DNA of 64,000 nucleotides from positions 9,425,636-9,489,635 of the forward strand of contig NC_057757.1 of assembly GCF_004010195.1 (NCBI RefSeq). Direction: 5' to 3'. This DNA comes from Chiloscyllium plagiosum. Taxonomy: Eukaryota. The translations under genes were made by a program, and so were the position numbers. Positions 39,829-51,123 of this stretch are shown here, in pieces. The notes beneath the pieces were generated by a model that had not been told where the DNA came from, searched no databases, and worked only from the letters and a program-made list of their open reading frames with translations. Every line of letters begins with the position of its first letter. The first letter of the stretch is position 1.

Positions 39829-41024
39829 CTAGTTAGTGCTAGAGCTTGCCCCAAGATCAGAAATGTTACTATGTGGAGAACCATCTGTACTTCATCCAGC
39901 TCTGCAACAGGTAGCAGTTAGCAAATGCTTACCTACCCCCTCCTAATCTGATGTTTTAGTGAAGAACTGAAACCTTGATACTTGTGGGTAGTCACCGCTT
40001 TCACGAAGGAAGCACTGGATCCCAAACAAGAAACTCAAACCACTGAAGTTGGAGAGAACACCTTTTATGCAATGGCATTGTGTCACTTGTCAGTGACAGG
40101 TGATAAAGAAAGAGAACATATATTGTTAACTCAACATTGATGTGTTTGGGGGATGCCAAGTGTCTGGAATGAAGCTCAATATCAACCAATGTGTTGTTCT
40201 AGCTCTTAGCGTTTAGAGAATGCAAAGTGAGCTTAATTCACAATTCCACGCTGGGAACTTGTTAAATTCTGTTACATAAAGTTGTGCAAGTTCTTGCCAC
40301 AGACTCTGGCATCTTCAATAATGTTCTTCAGCTCAATGGCAAGCATTCCTATTTCTGTGGCCATTAAGTCTAGGCCTGTATAGTTATGGGCATTGAGGGG
40401 GACAAATCAGTCAGTTCTTCAGACATGGACTTGTAGTTCCCATTGATGTAAAAACCCCTTTCACAGTCTGTATAAAAGGGATCAAGCCTCAGACACAGGA
40501 CAACAGAAATTCCTTCAACAAGCAAGTTACTTCAAATCCAAATCTGAAGCAGACAGCTTCCCAAGTCAGAGAGAGAGAGAGTGAACAGGAGGACATTCAG
40601 CCCCTCAACGTATTCTACCATTTGGCAACTTGGCTGATCAGATTGGGATCTCGACTCCTCTTGATTCACTTGTGGGACATGGACATTGCTGGCTGGGCCT
40701 CCGTTTATTGCCCATCCCTAGGTGTCTGAAGGTGGCAGTGGGCTGCCTTCTTGAACTGCTGCAGTACATGTGTCTACCACCCCCGCCCCCCCCCCCCCCC
40801 CCCCAATCTATCTGCAGTCCTGGGGAAACTCTACAGCCTGAGAACTCATTGTTCAACTGAGCCTAGCTCCATTCTGGAGACCATCCTTTAGCAACAACCT
40901 TATCAGAACCCCCCCGCCTCCCTCAGCCTGGGACTCACTATGATCACCTCATTCTAACCTTTCAGAAGTGGCTCAACTGTTCAGTAACCCACCATTCCAG
41001 GAGTCAGCATCTGAATGGGTTTCT

Positions 41025-42178
41025 ATAGAACAAAGAAAAATACAGCACAGTACAGGCCCTTTGGCCCTCGATGTTGTGCCGATCCAAGCCCACCTAACCT
41101 ACACTAGCCCACTATCCTCCATATGCCTATCCCACGCCCGTTTAAATGCCCATAAAGAGGGAGAGTCCACCACTGCTACTGGCAGGGCATTCCATGAACT
41201 CACGACTCGCTGAGTAAAGAATCTACCCCTAACATCTGTCCTATACCTACCACCCCTTAATTTAAAGCTATGCCCCCTCGTAATAGCTGACTCCATATGT
41301 GGAAAAAGGNNNNNNNNNNNNNNNNNNNNNNNNNNNNNNNNNNNNNNNNNNNNNNNNNNNNNNNNNNNNNNNNNNNNNNNNNNNNNNNNNNNNNNNNNNN
41401 NNNNNNNNNNNNNNNNNNNNNNNNNNNNNNNNNNNNNNNNNNNNNNNNNNNNNNNNNNNNNNNNNNNNNNNNNNNNNNNNNNNNNNNNNNNNNNNNNNNN
41501 NNNNNNNNNNNNNNNNNNNNNNNNNNNNNNNNNNNNNNNNNNNNNNNNNNNNNNNNNNNNNNNNNNNNNNNNNNNNNNNNNNNNNNNNNNNNNNNNNNNN
41601 NNNNNNNNNNNNNNNNNNNNNNNNNNNNNNNNNNNNNNNNNNNNNNNNNNNNNNNNNNNNNNNNNNNNNNNNNNNNNNNNNNNNNNNNNNNNNNNNNNNN
41701 NNNNNNNNNNNNNNNNNNNNNNNNNNNNNNNNNNNNNNNNNNNNNNNNNNNNNNNNNNNNNNNNNNNNNTTGCCATCACCTACTACCCTCTGTCTTCTTC
41801 CATCCAGCCAATTCCTAATCCAAACCTCCAACTCACCCTCAGTGCCATACCTCCGTATTTTCTGCAGTTGTCTACCATGGGGAACCTTATCAAACGCCTT
41901 ACTAAAATCCATATACACCACATCTACCGCTTTACCCTCGTCTACCTCCTTAGTCACCTTCTCAAAGAATTCAATAAGGTTTGTGAGGCACGACCTGCCC
42001 TTCACAAAACCATGCTGACTATCCTTGATCACATTATTCCTATCCAGATGTTCATAAATCCTATCCCTTACAATTCTCTAAGACTTTGCCCACAACAGAA
42101 GTGAGACTCACCGGCCTATAGTTACTAGGGTTATCCCTACTCCCCTTCTTGAACAAGGGAACCACAGTTGCTATCCTC
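41025..42178 (-). mobile_element. CR1 LINE spanning an N gap
   Basis: IKDSQHGFVKGRSCLTNLIEFFEKVT...VDVVYMDFSKAFDKVPH lies on one side of the gap and the CR1 3' end on the other. Confidence 0.9.
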
Positions 42179-43020
42179 TGTGCAATGTTGTAGAAAGATA
42201 GTGACCCAGACTAAAAGATTTAGAATGGAATCCCACTGGTGTTTTGAGGAACTGTTGGGAAACCTCTTGCTGCACACTTTGTTCCCAAGTGATTGCTGCA
42301 CCTGCAAACTAACTATGTTCCATAAATTGAGAGACGAGCCTTTCTCTGCCATTATTTCCCTGAAGAATGTTGTTCTGTTCTTCCTGCCAAAGTGGAAGAG
42401 CTCATTTTGTCATCAAGTTCTACCAAAAGTTGTTGCTGACTTGACATTACATCCCTTCATTCACAGGAGGCCCAGCAGTGGTTCTGGAGTCAAAAGCAGC
42501 AAGAATAGAAGACTTCCTGAGGGAGAGGAGAATTTTAATAAAAACTTTGACAGCAGTTACATGGTAACTATTTAAACAGCTTTTTATTCTACGTTTCTGG
42601 AATTCAAATTTCAGCACCTGCTGTGGAGAGATTTGAACCAAATCCCAGGAACACTAGCCTGGAATTCTGGATTGCTAGTCCAGGCACACCACCCATCCTT
42701 TCTCTCTTCACGCCTTTTACCTATCTGCAATCAAATTTAGCTATTGGAAATTGACATGAATGAAGGAACCATAAAAAGAGATCTAATGAATAGAATCCCA
42801 GCATTACTTTCCCGGTTTGGATGACCCATTCATGGCTTCTGTTTTACATTACCAACAGAATCCTTTCTTCATGTTACACCCCTGCACTGCAAAGTTCTTT
42901 TGTAATCTGGGGCACTTTCAAGAAAACGGCCATCTGCCAATTCTCCTTTATTCACATGGTTCATTACATTCTTGAAGGCCATTTAAACACCATTTGTCTT
43001 CCACAAAACAAGGAACTCAC

Positions 43021-43093
43021 TTGGACCAAACATGGGCGTACAGTCATCCTGAGCAGAGGGAGAGCAAACCTCAGCACTGCGGTGCAAGTAAAC
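43021..43093 (-). pseudogene. Degenerate ZP-C domain exon of a ZP4/ZPB-like gene
   Basis: Acceptor ccttctttctag| and donor A|gtgagt flank a 73-bp exon reading VYLHRSAEVCSPSAQDDCTPMFGP. This matches the ZP1/ZP4 motif VYLHCS..VC.P.....C...C, with two Cys replaced (R and F). Confidence 0.7.
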
Positions 43094-43965
43094 CTAGAAA
43101 GAAGGAGAGATGTTAGGAGAGCTTCCCATAGATCAATAGCCCAGTTTGTAGCACACAGACAGCAAGAGGATTTCATGAACTTGGCTTCATTCCTTCCATT
43201 TGGTTACCTGTCCAGAGAGGGGCTGCTCAGGTAAGATAGCTGGGAATGTGATAGGAAGATGAAGGTGGGGTTGAAGGTGATAGGTCTGAACGGAGGCAGG
43301 AAGATAGACAGGTAGGACAGTTCAAGAGGGCAGTGTGGAGTTAGAAATTTGGATCTGGGATAAGGTGGCGGGAGATCAAACAAGAAAGCTGCTGAAATCC
43401 ACATTGATCTCGTGTGGTGAATTGTCCATGCTAATTGCCCATAGTGTTCAGGGCTGTGTAGGTTAGGTGCATTAGTTAGGGGTAAATGTAGAGTAATAGG
43501 ATAGGGCAATGTGTCTGGCTGGGTTACTCTTTGGAAGGTTTGTGTGGACTTGTTGGGCTTAAGGGCCTGTTTCCATGCTGTAGTGATTCTATGATTCATG
43601 TTATGTGGCTGTATGGAGTCCAATGCATCACTATGTGGTCCCCATTTCCAACTCCATTTTGTAATCTGTTCATCCTACACTCTTTGCAGTTTAGGTTTAT
43701 AAACGTAGGAATTTATGCAGTGCCTCAGGCCTGGAGATATACAGCATAAAAACAGACCCTTCAGTCCGACTCATCCATGACAACCAGATATTCCAATTTA
43801 ATCCCATTTGGCCCATTACCCTCCAAACCTACCTATTTATGTACCCATCCAGATAACTTTTAAATGTCATTTGTACCAACCTCCACTACTTCCTCTGGCA
43901 GGTCATTTCCATACATTCAGAGGGTGGTGTACATAACTCGTCAAATTGCAGTGGCTATAAAAACA

Positions 43966-44187
43966 AAGTTAAAAATCACACAACACCAGGTTATAGTTCA
44001 ACAGGTTTAATTGGAAGCACACTAGCTTTCGGAGCGACGCTCCTTCATCAGGTGATTGTGGACAATCCGAAAGCTAGTGTCGCTCCGAAAGCTAGTGTGC
44101 TTCCAATTAAACCTGTTGGACTATAACCTGGTGTTGTGTGATTTTTAACTTTGTACACCCCAGTCCAACACCACCATCTCCGAATCA
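43966..44187. mobile_element. Palindromic Penelope-derived mini-element with 14-bp TSD and an intact minimal hammerhead motif
   Basis: TGGCTATAAAAACA at 43952-43965 and 44188-44201. Inverted arms at about 43964-44040 and 44079-44153. Minus strand 44020-44054 reads CAC CTGATGA A GGAGC GTC GCTCC GAAA GC TA GTG. Confidence 0.8.
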
Positions 44188-44329
44188 TGGCTATAAAAAC
44201 AGGCAACCTACCCGGGTTAAGTTACTTCCTCAATAGACAATTCATAGGACGGACTAGAAGAGGACATTTCTAGGGAAGTTTCTCTACCCATTCTTTGTTC
44301 TACAATAGGGACAGCAACAAATCTTAAAC

Positions 44330-45190
44330 TTTTTGTCCACCATCTCAGGCAACTCCAGCAGGACACCAAGCAAGTCTTTCCCCTCCCTCACCCCGTCCGC
44401 ATTTCACAGGGATTGTTCCGTCTGGGACACCCGAGTCTATTCCACAGCCACCAACGCCACTGCCCACATTGAACTGCAGAAAGTACGGCACCTGCCCCCT
44501 CTCCTCCCTGCTCACCATTCAAGGACCTAAACAGTCTTTCCAGGTGAAGCTGCACTTCCAATTGTGTATTGTATTCACTGCACCCAACATGGTGCATTCT
44601 ACATTGGAGAAACCAACGACTGGGTGACCACTTTGCAGACCACCTCTGGTCTGTGTGCAGCAGGACTCCAACCTTCCTATCACTGGTCATTTTAACATAG
44701 TGTCCTGCTCACATGCCTGTCCTCAGCGTGTTGCATTGTTCCAGTGAAACACACAAACTGATCAACATCTCATCTTCCATACTGTAGGGTTTCTATGACT
44801 TTATGATTCAGACAAGGCACTTTACAGCCTTCTGGACTTAATATTGAGTTCAACACCTTCAAACTGAACTAGTTCTTCCCTTTATTTTAGCTTGTTACAT
44901 TCTGTTATCATGACCTTTCTGCCCTATCCTAGTGAGAGGGTCTGTCCTTTCAAGACTAGCAGGAGACACCATTGCTCTGCCACTCAGATTCCAATCACTT
45001 CATTAGAACTAACATCTCTCCTCCACCAGCACCCATTACCCCCAAACGGTAGCACATCCACACTTCAGTTCGGAGGGAGAATAACCACGAATTAAAACAT
45101 TATTTTTGCTCTCTCCGTGGATGCTGTCTGACCAAATGATCACCAACATTTGTTGTTTTCAGTACAGATTCCAGCATCTGTAGTAAGTTG
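44330..45190 (+). mobile_element. Degenerate Penelope-like element (GIY-YIG region)
   Basis: YCIHCTQHGAFYIGETN-like motif at about 44565-44620, followed by the GLNIEFN C-terminus. Confidence 0.6.
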
Positions 45191-45883
45191 CCCTGACATT
45201 TAGCCATTGAAAAGGAAGTTACCTGTCCAGGTTCCCTTGAGAAACAGTTCTGTAGCAGTTGACGTTCTTCTGTTCAGAACAGGCGCCCAGACATAAGTCT
45301 CAGATATGACTTTATTGTTAGATGTATTGTGACAAAGTACTGTTCTAAATGCTAATCAGACAAACCATTCCTTACACAAGGACATCAGGGTAATGGAACC
45401 AAATATAAAATAATATTATATCCAGAGAAAAGTCAATTTTAACAATAAGGGGCCTGTTCAAAGATCAAATTAAGAGACACTTCCAGCCTTCTCCATGCCC
45501 TTTGAAAAAGCAGGGTTCAAAGTTAAACGAGACAACACTACAACTAAAAGTTAATACGAAACTAAAAATCACACTAACTTTTACAACAGTCATTATGTCA
45601 GGACAGAATGTGAATATCAACACGACTCCACATTTTGTTATTAAATAACAAAACTAAAAACAAAAATCCCTGGGTTATTTCCTCACCTACAGAAAAGAAG
45701 TCTTTCTCTCTCTCTCTCTCTACCTCCCACTGACTCCCACAAACAGCCCTTCACCATTGTACAAGGAAACACCAATAAGTCCCGGGTTATTTCCTCAGTG
45801 CCAGCCTGGGGTGGTCCTCATGCTTCCTTCCCCCCCCCCCATTCGGGGTGGGCTCCGCTCCGGGAGGAGGCTGGGCTGCTTAC

Positions 45884-46088
45884 CTGGGCTGTCTCTCAGG
45901 TTGTAGAAACAGGATTGCCCACTGAGACTCGGGGACTGAAAGCAGCAGCCCTGCTTGATGCACTCAGTGCTGTTGATAGTGGCCAGGCCACACGGCAGCC
46001 TCCAGCCCGGCTCCGGAGGACACACAGCAGAGACCAGGAAGGGCCGAGCGGCCCAAAGGTACAGACACCAAACCAACCAATGTCCCAT
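45884..46088 (-). CDS. First coding exon: signal peptide plus trefoil (P-type) domain, ZP4/ZPB-like
   Basis: ATG at 46088 in good context (gcgATGG). Reads MGHWLVWCLYLWAARPFLVSAV CPPEPGWRLPCGLATINSTECIKQGCCFQSPSLSGQSCFYNLRDSP, i.e. C-x9-C-x9-C-x4-CC-x10-C. Donor CAG|gtaagc at 45883 (phase 1). Confidence 0.8.
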
Positions 46089-46130
46089 CGCGCTGCCTGA
46101 ATCTGTGCCCGCCCCTGAGCACCAACCCGC

Positions 46131-46154
46131 TTTATAGCCGCTAATTAGCACCTG
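46131..46154 (-). promoter_or_regulatory. Candidate core promoter: TATAAA, homeodomain palindrome GCTAATTAGC and E-box CAGGTG
   Basis: TATAAA at 46136-46131, about 43 nt upstream of the ATG. TAATTA at 46142-46147. CACCTG/CAGGTG at 46149-46154. Confidence 0.6.
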
Positions 46155-46519
46155 GCCACGGGTTTCTCGTGTTGAAGAGGCTTTAACTGTCACTGATCCT
46201 CATTAAGGATTAGGGCGAGATTCCAGCTACAATTACATCTTCACAACTGACGCTGCGTTCCACTGAGCCCAAGATTGTATTTTGTTCCAGAATCGGTTCT
46301 GCGTGGATATGGAAGTAGGAAACAAGAGTCAGAGAATTATGACGGTGCAGAGGAGGACATTCGGCCCATCAGCAGTCCTGTTCTCCAGTACTAACCTGCT
46401 GCCTCTCCCCACACACTATTTCCATCCAGATAACCCCCAAAGTCCCTCCTGAATGCCTGAACTGAATCTGCCTCCCCCACGTTTCCAGGCAGTACATACC
46501 CTCCCCTAACTACTGACTG

Positions 46520-47042
46520 GGTGAAAGACCTTTTCCCATCATATCAGGCAACAGTCCAGCAAATTTCCTCTGAACCCTTTCCAAAGCTTCCACATCCTTC
46601 CTATAAGGCGGCGACCAGAACTGCACACAGTACTCCAAATGTGGCCTAACCAAAGTCCTGTACTGCTGTAACATCACTTCACGACTCTTGAATTCAGTCC
46701 CTCTGCTAATGAACGCTAATACACTATAGGCCTTCTTACAAGCTCTATCCACCTGTGTGGCAACTTTCAAAGATCTATGAACATAGACCCCAAGATCCCT
46801 TTGTTCCTCCACCTCACTAAGAACCCTACCGTTAACCCTGTATTCCGCATTCTTATTTGTCTTTCTAAAATGGACAACCTCACACTTGGCAGGGTTGAAC
46901 TCCATCTGCCACTCCTCAGCCCAGCTCTGCATCATATCTAAGTCTCTTTGCAGCCGACAACAGCCCTCCTCACTATCCACAACTCCACCAATCTTCGTAT
47001 CATCTGCAAATTTACTGACCCACCCTTCGACTCCCTCATCCA
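46520..47042 (-). mobile_element. CR1 LINE RT fragment
   Basis: VSKFADDTKIGGVVDSEEGCCRLQRDLD...[15 protein letters not shown]. Confidence 0.9.
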
Positions 47043-47229
47043 TAGGTTGTTCTTTAAACTTGCTTTTTCAGATAATGGATACTTTAATTTAGGTTTTCAA
47101 CTCTTGGTCTAACGGTTCGGACTTTATCAGTGGGCAGCTAATTGCAAATAAAGATGAGGGAAATGGGTCCATTTTGGACGGTCCCTCTTCAGAAGTTTTG
47201 CTTTGGTATGGAGCTAATGTTTCCTCATG

Positions 47230-49050
47230 CTAGTCTTCCACCAGGACCACTCAGCTCCTGACCTTATTACAGCCTTGGTTCGAACATGGACAAAAGAACT
47301 GAATTCCAGAGGGGAGGGGAGAGTGATAGCCCTTGACATTAAGGCTGCATTTGACTGAGTGTACTATCAAGGTTGCAGTTGAAATGGATTGGACATAGGA
47401 AAATTGCCCATAGTGTCCAGGGATGTGCAGGCTGTGTGGATTCACCATCAGAAATGCAGGCTAAGAACGATAGGCTAGGGGTTGGACCTAGGTTCAATGC
47501 TCTTAGGAGTCATGATTTGGAGATGCCGGTGTTGGACTGGGGTGTATAAAGTTAAAAATCACACAACACCAGGTTATAGTCCAATAGGTTTAATTGGAAA
47601 CACATGAGTTTTCGGAGAGCAACTGATCAAGGACAACCACTTGATGAAGAAGCAGCGGTCCAAAAGCTACTGTTTCCAATTAAACCTGTTGGACTATAAC
47701 CTGGTGTTGTGTGATTTTTAACTTTGCTCTTAGGAGGATTGGTGTGGACTTGAATGGTTAAATGCACTGCTTCCACACTGTAGGGATTCTCTGATTCTAT
47801 GAAGGGGACCATGCAAAACTGCAGTCAATGGGAATCCAGAGGCAATCTCTCTACTGGTTGGAGTTATACCTGGCACATAGGGATTTAGTTGTTGTTGTTA
47901 GAGATCAGTCATGTCAGCTCTAGGGCATCTCTACAGGAGCCCCTCAGGGTAGTGCCCTGGACTCAAACATCCTCAGATGCTTCAACAATGACCTTCCCTC
48001 CATCATAAGATCAGAAGTGGGGATGATTGCCAACTACCTTATGATTGCACATTGTTCACATTAGTGACAAACAACATGATTACAGCTGTCAAGCATGATT
48101 AGTGGCATGCAACATGAATGTCACTGATGTGCCAGGCAATGACCATTTCCAACAAGAAAGGATATTCAATGGTATTATTGTTGCTAAACTCACATTCTGT
48201 TCTACTCCATTTAGCATACTTACAGTGTGGAAACAGGCCATTAGGTCCAAGAAGTCCACACTGACCCTCCGAACAGTCACCCGCACACACCCATTCCCCT
48301 ACTACACTATATTTACCACTAACCTACATATCCCTGAACACTATGAGCAATATGGCACGGACAATTCACCTAAACTGCACATCCTTGGATTGTGAGAGGA
48401 AACCCATGCAGACACGGGGAGAATGTGCAAACTCCACACAGACAGTCACCCAAGGCTGGAATTGAACCCAGGTCCCTGGTGCTGTGAGGCAGCTAACCAC
48501 TGAGCCACCGTGCCACCTACATTTGCATCTGGGGTATGCCTTGACCAAAACCTGAACTGGATTAGTCATATAAATACAGCTGCTACAAGAACAGTTCAGA
48601 CTCTAGGAATGCTTCAGGAAGTAACTCATCTCCTGACTCCCCAGAGCCTGTCCACCTTCTACAAGGCACAAGTGGGAGTGTGATGGAATACTCCTCACTT
48701 GTCTGGATTGGTGCAGCTCCAACAACACACAAAAAGCTTCACTCCATGCAGGACAAAGCAGTTCTGCTTGTTTGGGTCCACATCCATTCCCTCCATCACC
48801 AGCGCTCAGATGCTGCAGGGTGTACTATCTGCAAGATGAGCTGCAGAAATTCACCAAAGATCCTTAGGCAGCACCTTCCAATCCCACAACCACTTCCACC
48901 CAGAAGGACAAGGGCAGCAGATACATGGGAAAGCTACCACTTGAGGGTTCCTTTCCAAGTGGCATACTATGTGACTTGGAAATGTGTCACCATTCATTTA
49001 CTGTTGCAGGGTCAAAGTCCTGGAACTCCCTCCCTGTTGCAGGGTCAAAG
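47230..49050 (+). mobile_element. CR1/L2-group LINE fragment with nested HE1 SINEs (about 47375-47800 +, 48215-48517 -) and a nested palindromic mini-element (47510-47724)
   Basis: ALDIKAAFD, PQGSALDSNI..FNNDLPS and MEYSSLVW motifs. The mini-element is flanked by TGCTCTTAGGAG at 47498-47509 and 47725-47736. Confidence 0.75.
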
Positions 49051-49884
49051 TCTGGTGAAATGTCTGACCAGTACTGGACAGCTCAAGCTGCATAGACCCT
49101 GAATCTGGAAGATGCACAAACAAGGAGCATGAGTAGGCCAATCAGCCCTTTACGTCTGCTCTGTCATTCAGTAACATGATGGCTGATCTGAGTTTGACCT
49201 CAATTTGCCTTTTGCATTGCCCGATAGTCTCTCATCCCTTTGGTACTCAAGAATGAATCCACCTTTGCCATAAAACTATTTAAAGATTCTGCACACGCTG
49301 CCTTTGAGGAAGGGAATTCCAATGGCTCGTGGAGTCAGACAGTACAGAAGCATCCCCTTCAGTCCAGCCAGTCCACGCCAACCATGTACCCAAACTGAAT
49401 GAGTCCCACCTGCCTGCAATTGACCCATAACCCTCTAATTCTCGTGCCTGTCCAAATTTTAACGTTGTAACTGTACCCGCATCCACCACTTCTTCTGCAA
49501 GTTGATTCTGCACACGAACCACTCTGAGTAAAAACGCTGGCCCTCATGTTGTTTCTCCTCTCAGCTTGAAAATGTGCTCCCTGGTTTTGAAATCCCACAT
49601 CCGAGGGAAAAGACCATCGCTATTCACTCTGACTATGCCTTTCTTGATTTTATAAACCTCAATCCCCTCTTCCCTGGTGAAAAAAGTCCAAGCCTATCCA
49701 ACCTATTTTTTTAACTCAAGCCTTTCATTGCTGACAACATCCTTACAACCTTCTGAAGGGAAAATATATTTTCTCATCTCTGTCTTAGATGGGTGATCCG
49801 TTATTTTAAGACAGTGATTCTCCTAGTTCTAGATTTGTCCACAAGGGGAAGCATCATTACCACATCCACCCAGTCAAGTCCCAT

Positions 49885-50680
49885 TAGGATCTTACATCAC
49901 TTCTGAAAATAAGAGACAGATTACTAACCGAATGTCTGTACATTGGGAGGGGGAGTGTGCAGTGGCACCTGGGTATCCCTTGTGCACCAGTCACTGAAGG
50001 TGATGCAGATGCAGCAGGCAGTAAAAAAGGCAAATGTACTTTGGCCTTCATTGCCCGAGGCTTCGAGTACAGGAGCAGGGATGTGTTCTTGTAGTTATAC
50101 ATGGCCTTGGTGAGGCCGCACTTAGAATATTGTGCGCAGTTTTGGTCTCCTTTTCTGAGGAAGGATGCTCTTACTCCAGTAGGAGTACAGTGAACGTTTA
50201 CCAGGCTGATCCCGGGGATGGCAGGACTAACTTATGAGGAGAGATTGACTAGGTTAGGATTATTTTCACTGGAGTTCAGAGAAATGAGGGGGGATCTCTT
50301 AGAGATTTATAAAATTCTAACAGGACTAGGCAGGGTAGATTGCAGGGGGATGTTCCTGATGATGGGTGTATCCATAACCAGGGGTCACAGTCTGAGGATT
50401 TAGGGTGGACCATTTAGGACAGAGATGAGGAGACATTTCTTCACCGAAAGAGTGGTGAGCCTGTGGAATTCATTACCTCAGGAAGTAGTTGATGCCAAAA
50501 CATTGAATATATTCAAGAGGTGGCTAGATACAGCACTTGGGGTAAATGGGGTCAAAGGTTATGGGGAGAAAGCAGGATTAGGCTATTGAGTTTCGTGAAC
50601 AGCTATGATCACGATGAATGGTGGGGCAGGCTCAAAGGGCTGAATAGCCTTCTCCTGCTCCTCTCTTCTATGTTTCTAAA
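49885..50680 (+). mobile_element. CR1 LINE 3' fragment
   Basis: [15 protein letters not shown] and GLTYEERLTRLGLFSLEFREMRGDLLEIYKIL. Confidence 0.85.
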
Positions 50681-50996
50681 CTCCAGAGGATATAGGCCTT
50701 GCTTTATAATGCAATCCACTCAGGTCCAGTAAACCTTCACTGAACTGCTTCCAATGCATCAACATCCTTCTGTAAGTAGGTGTACGCAGTGGTGTACACA
50801 GAGCCTACACTTGCATTCAATTTCCCTCACAATAAAACATAACATTCAATTAGTCTTCTTATACTAAAGTGCACAAAATTAAAACAAATCGCGTGACTCC
50901 AGGTTATAGTCCAACAGGTTTATTTGAAAGTACAAGCTTTTGGAGCGCTGCTCCTTCATCAGACAGCTAGAGTGCTAAAATGGGAAAATTAAATCA

Positions 50997-51123
50997 TGAT
51001 TTGGAGATGCCGGTGTTGGACTGGGGTGTACAAAGTTAAAAATCACACAACACCAGGTTATAGTCCAACAGGTTTACTTCCAATTAAACCTGTTGGACTA
51101 TAACCTGGTGTTGTGTGATTTTT
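50997..51123. mobile_element. Palindromic Penelope-derived mini-element with 12-bp TSD
   Basis: AAAATTAAATCA at 50985-50996 and 51124-51135. Inverted arms aaaaatcacacaacaccaggttatagtccaacaggttt and aaacctgttggactataacctggtgttgtgtgattttt. Confidence 0.8.

Noticed and set aside
41099..42032. Long ORFs crossing N runs (also 33932-34381)
   Set aside because: Their length is an artefact of assembly gaps.
42450..42960. Possible remnants of the last ZP exons (ADGRFLES segment; hydrophobic SLLFLLLL after an acceptor near 42517)
   Set aside because: Similarity is too weak, there is no clear furin site, and frames and splice phases are uncertain.
45223..45345. Possible second exon of the trefoil gene (donor ACAG|gtaac)
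   Set aside because: The acceptor is weak and no frame resembles the ZP-N sequence expected after the trefoil. It cannot be supported without RNA data.
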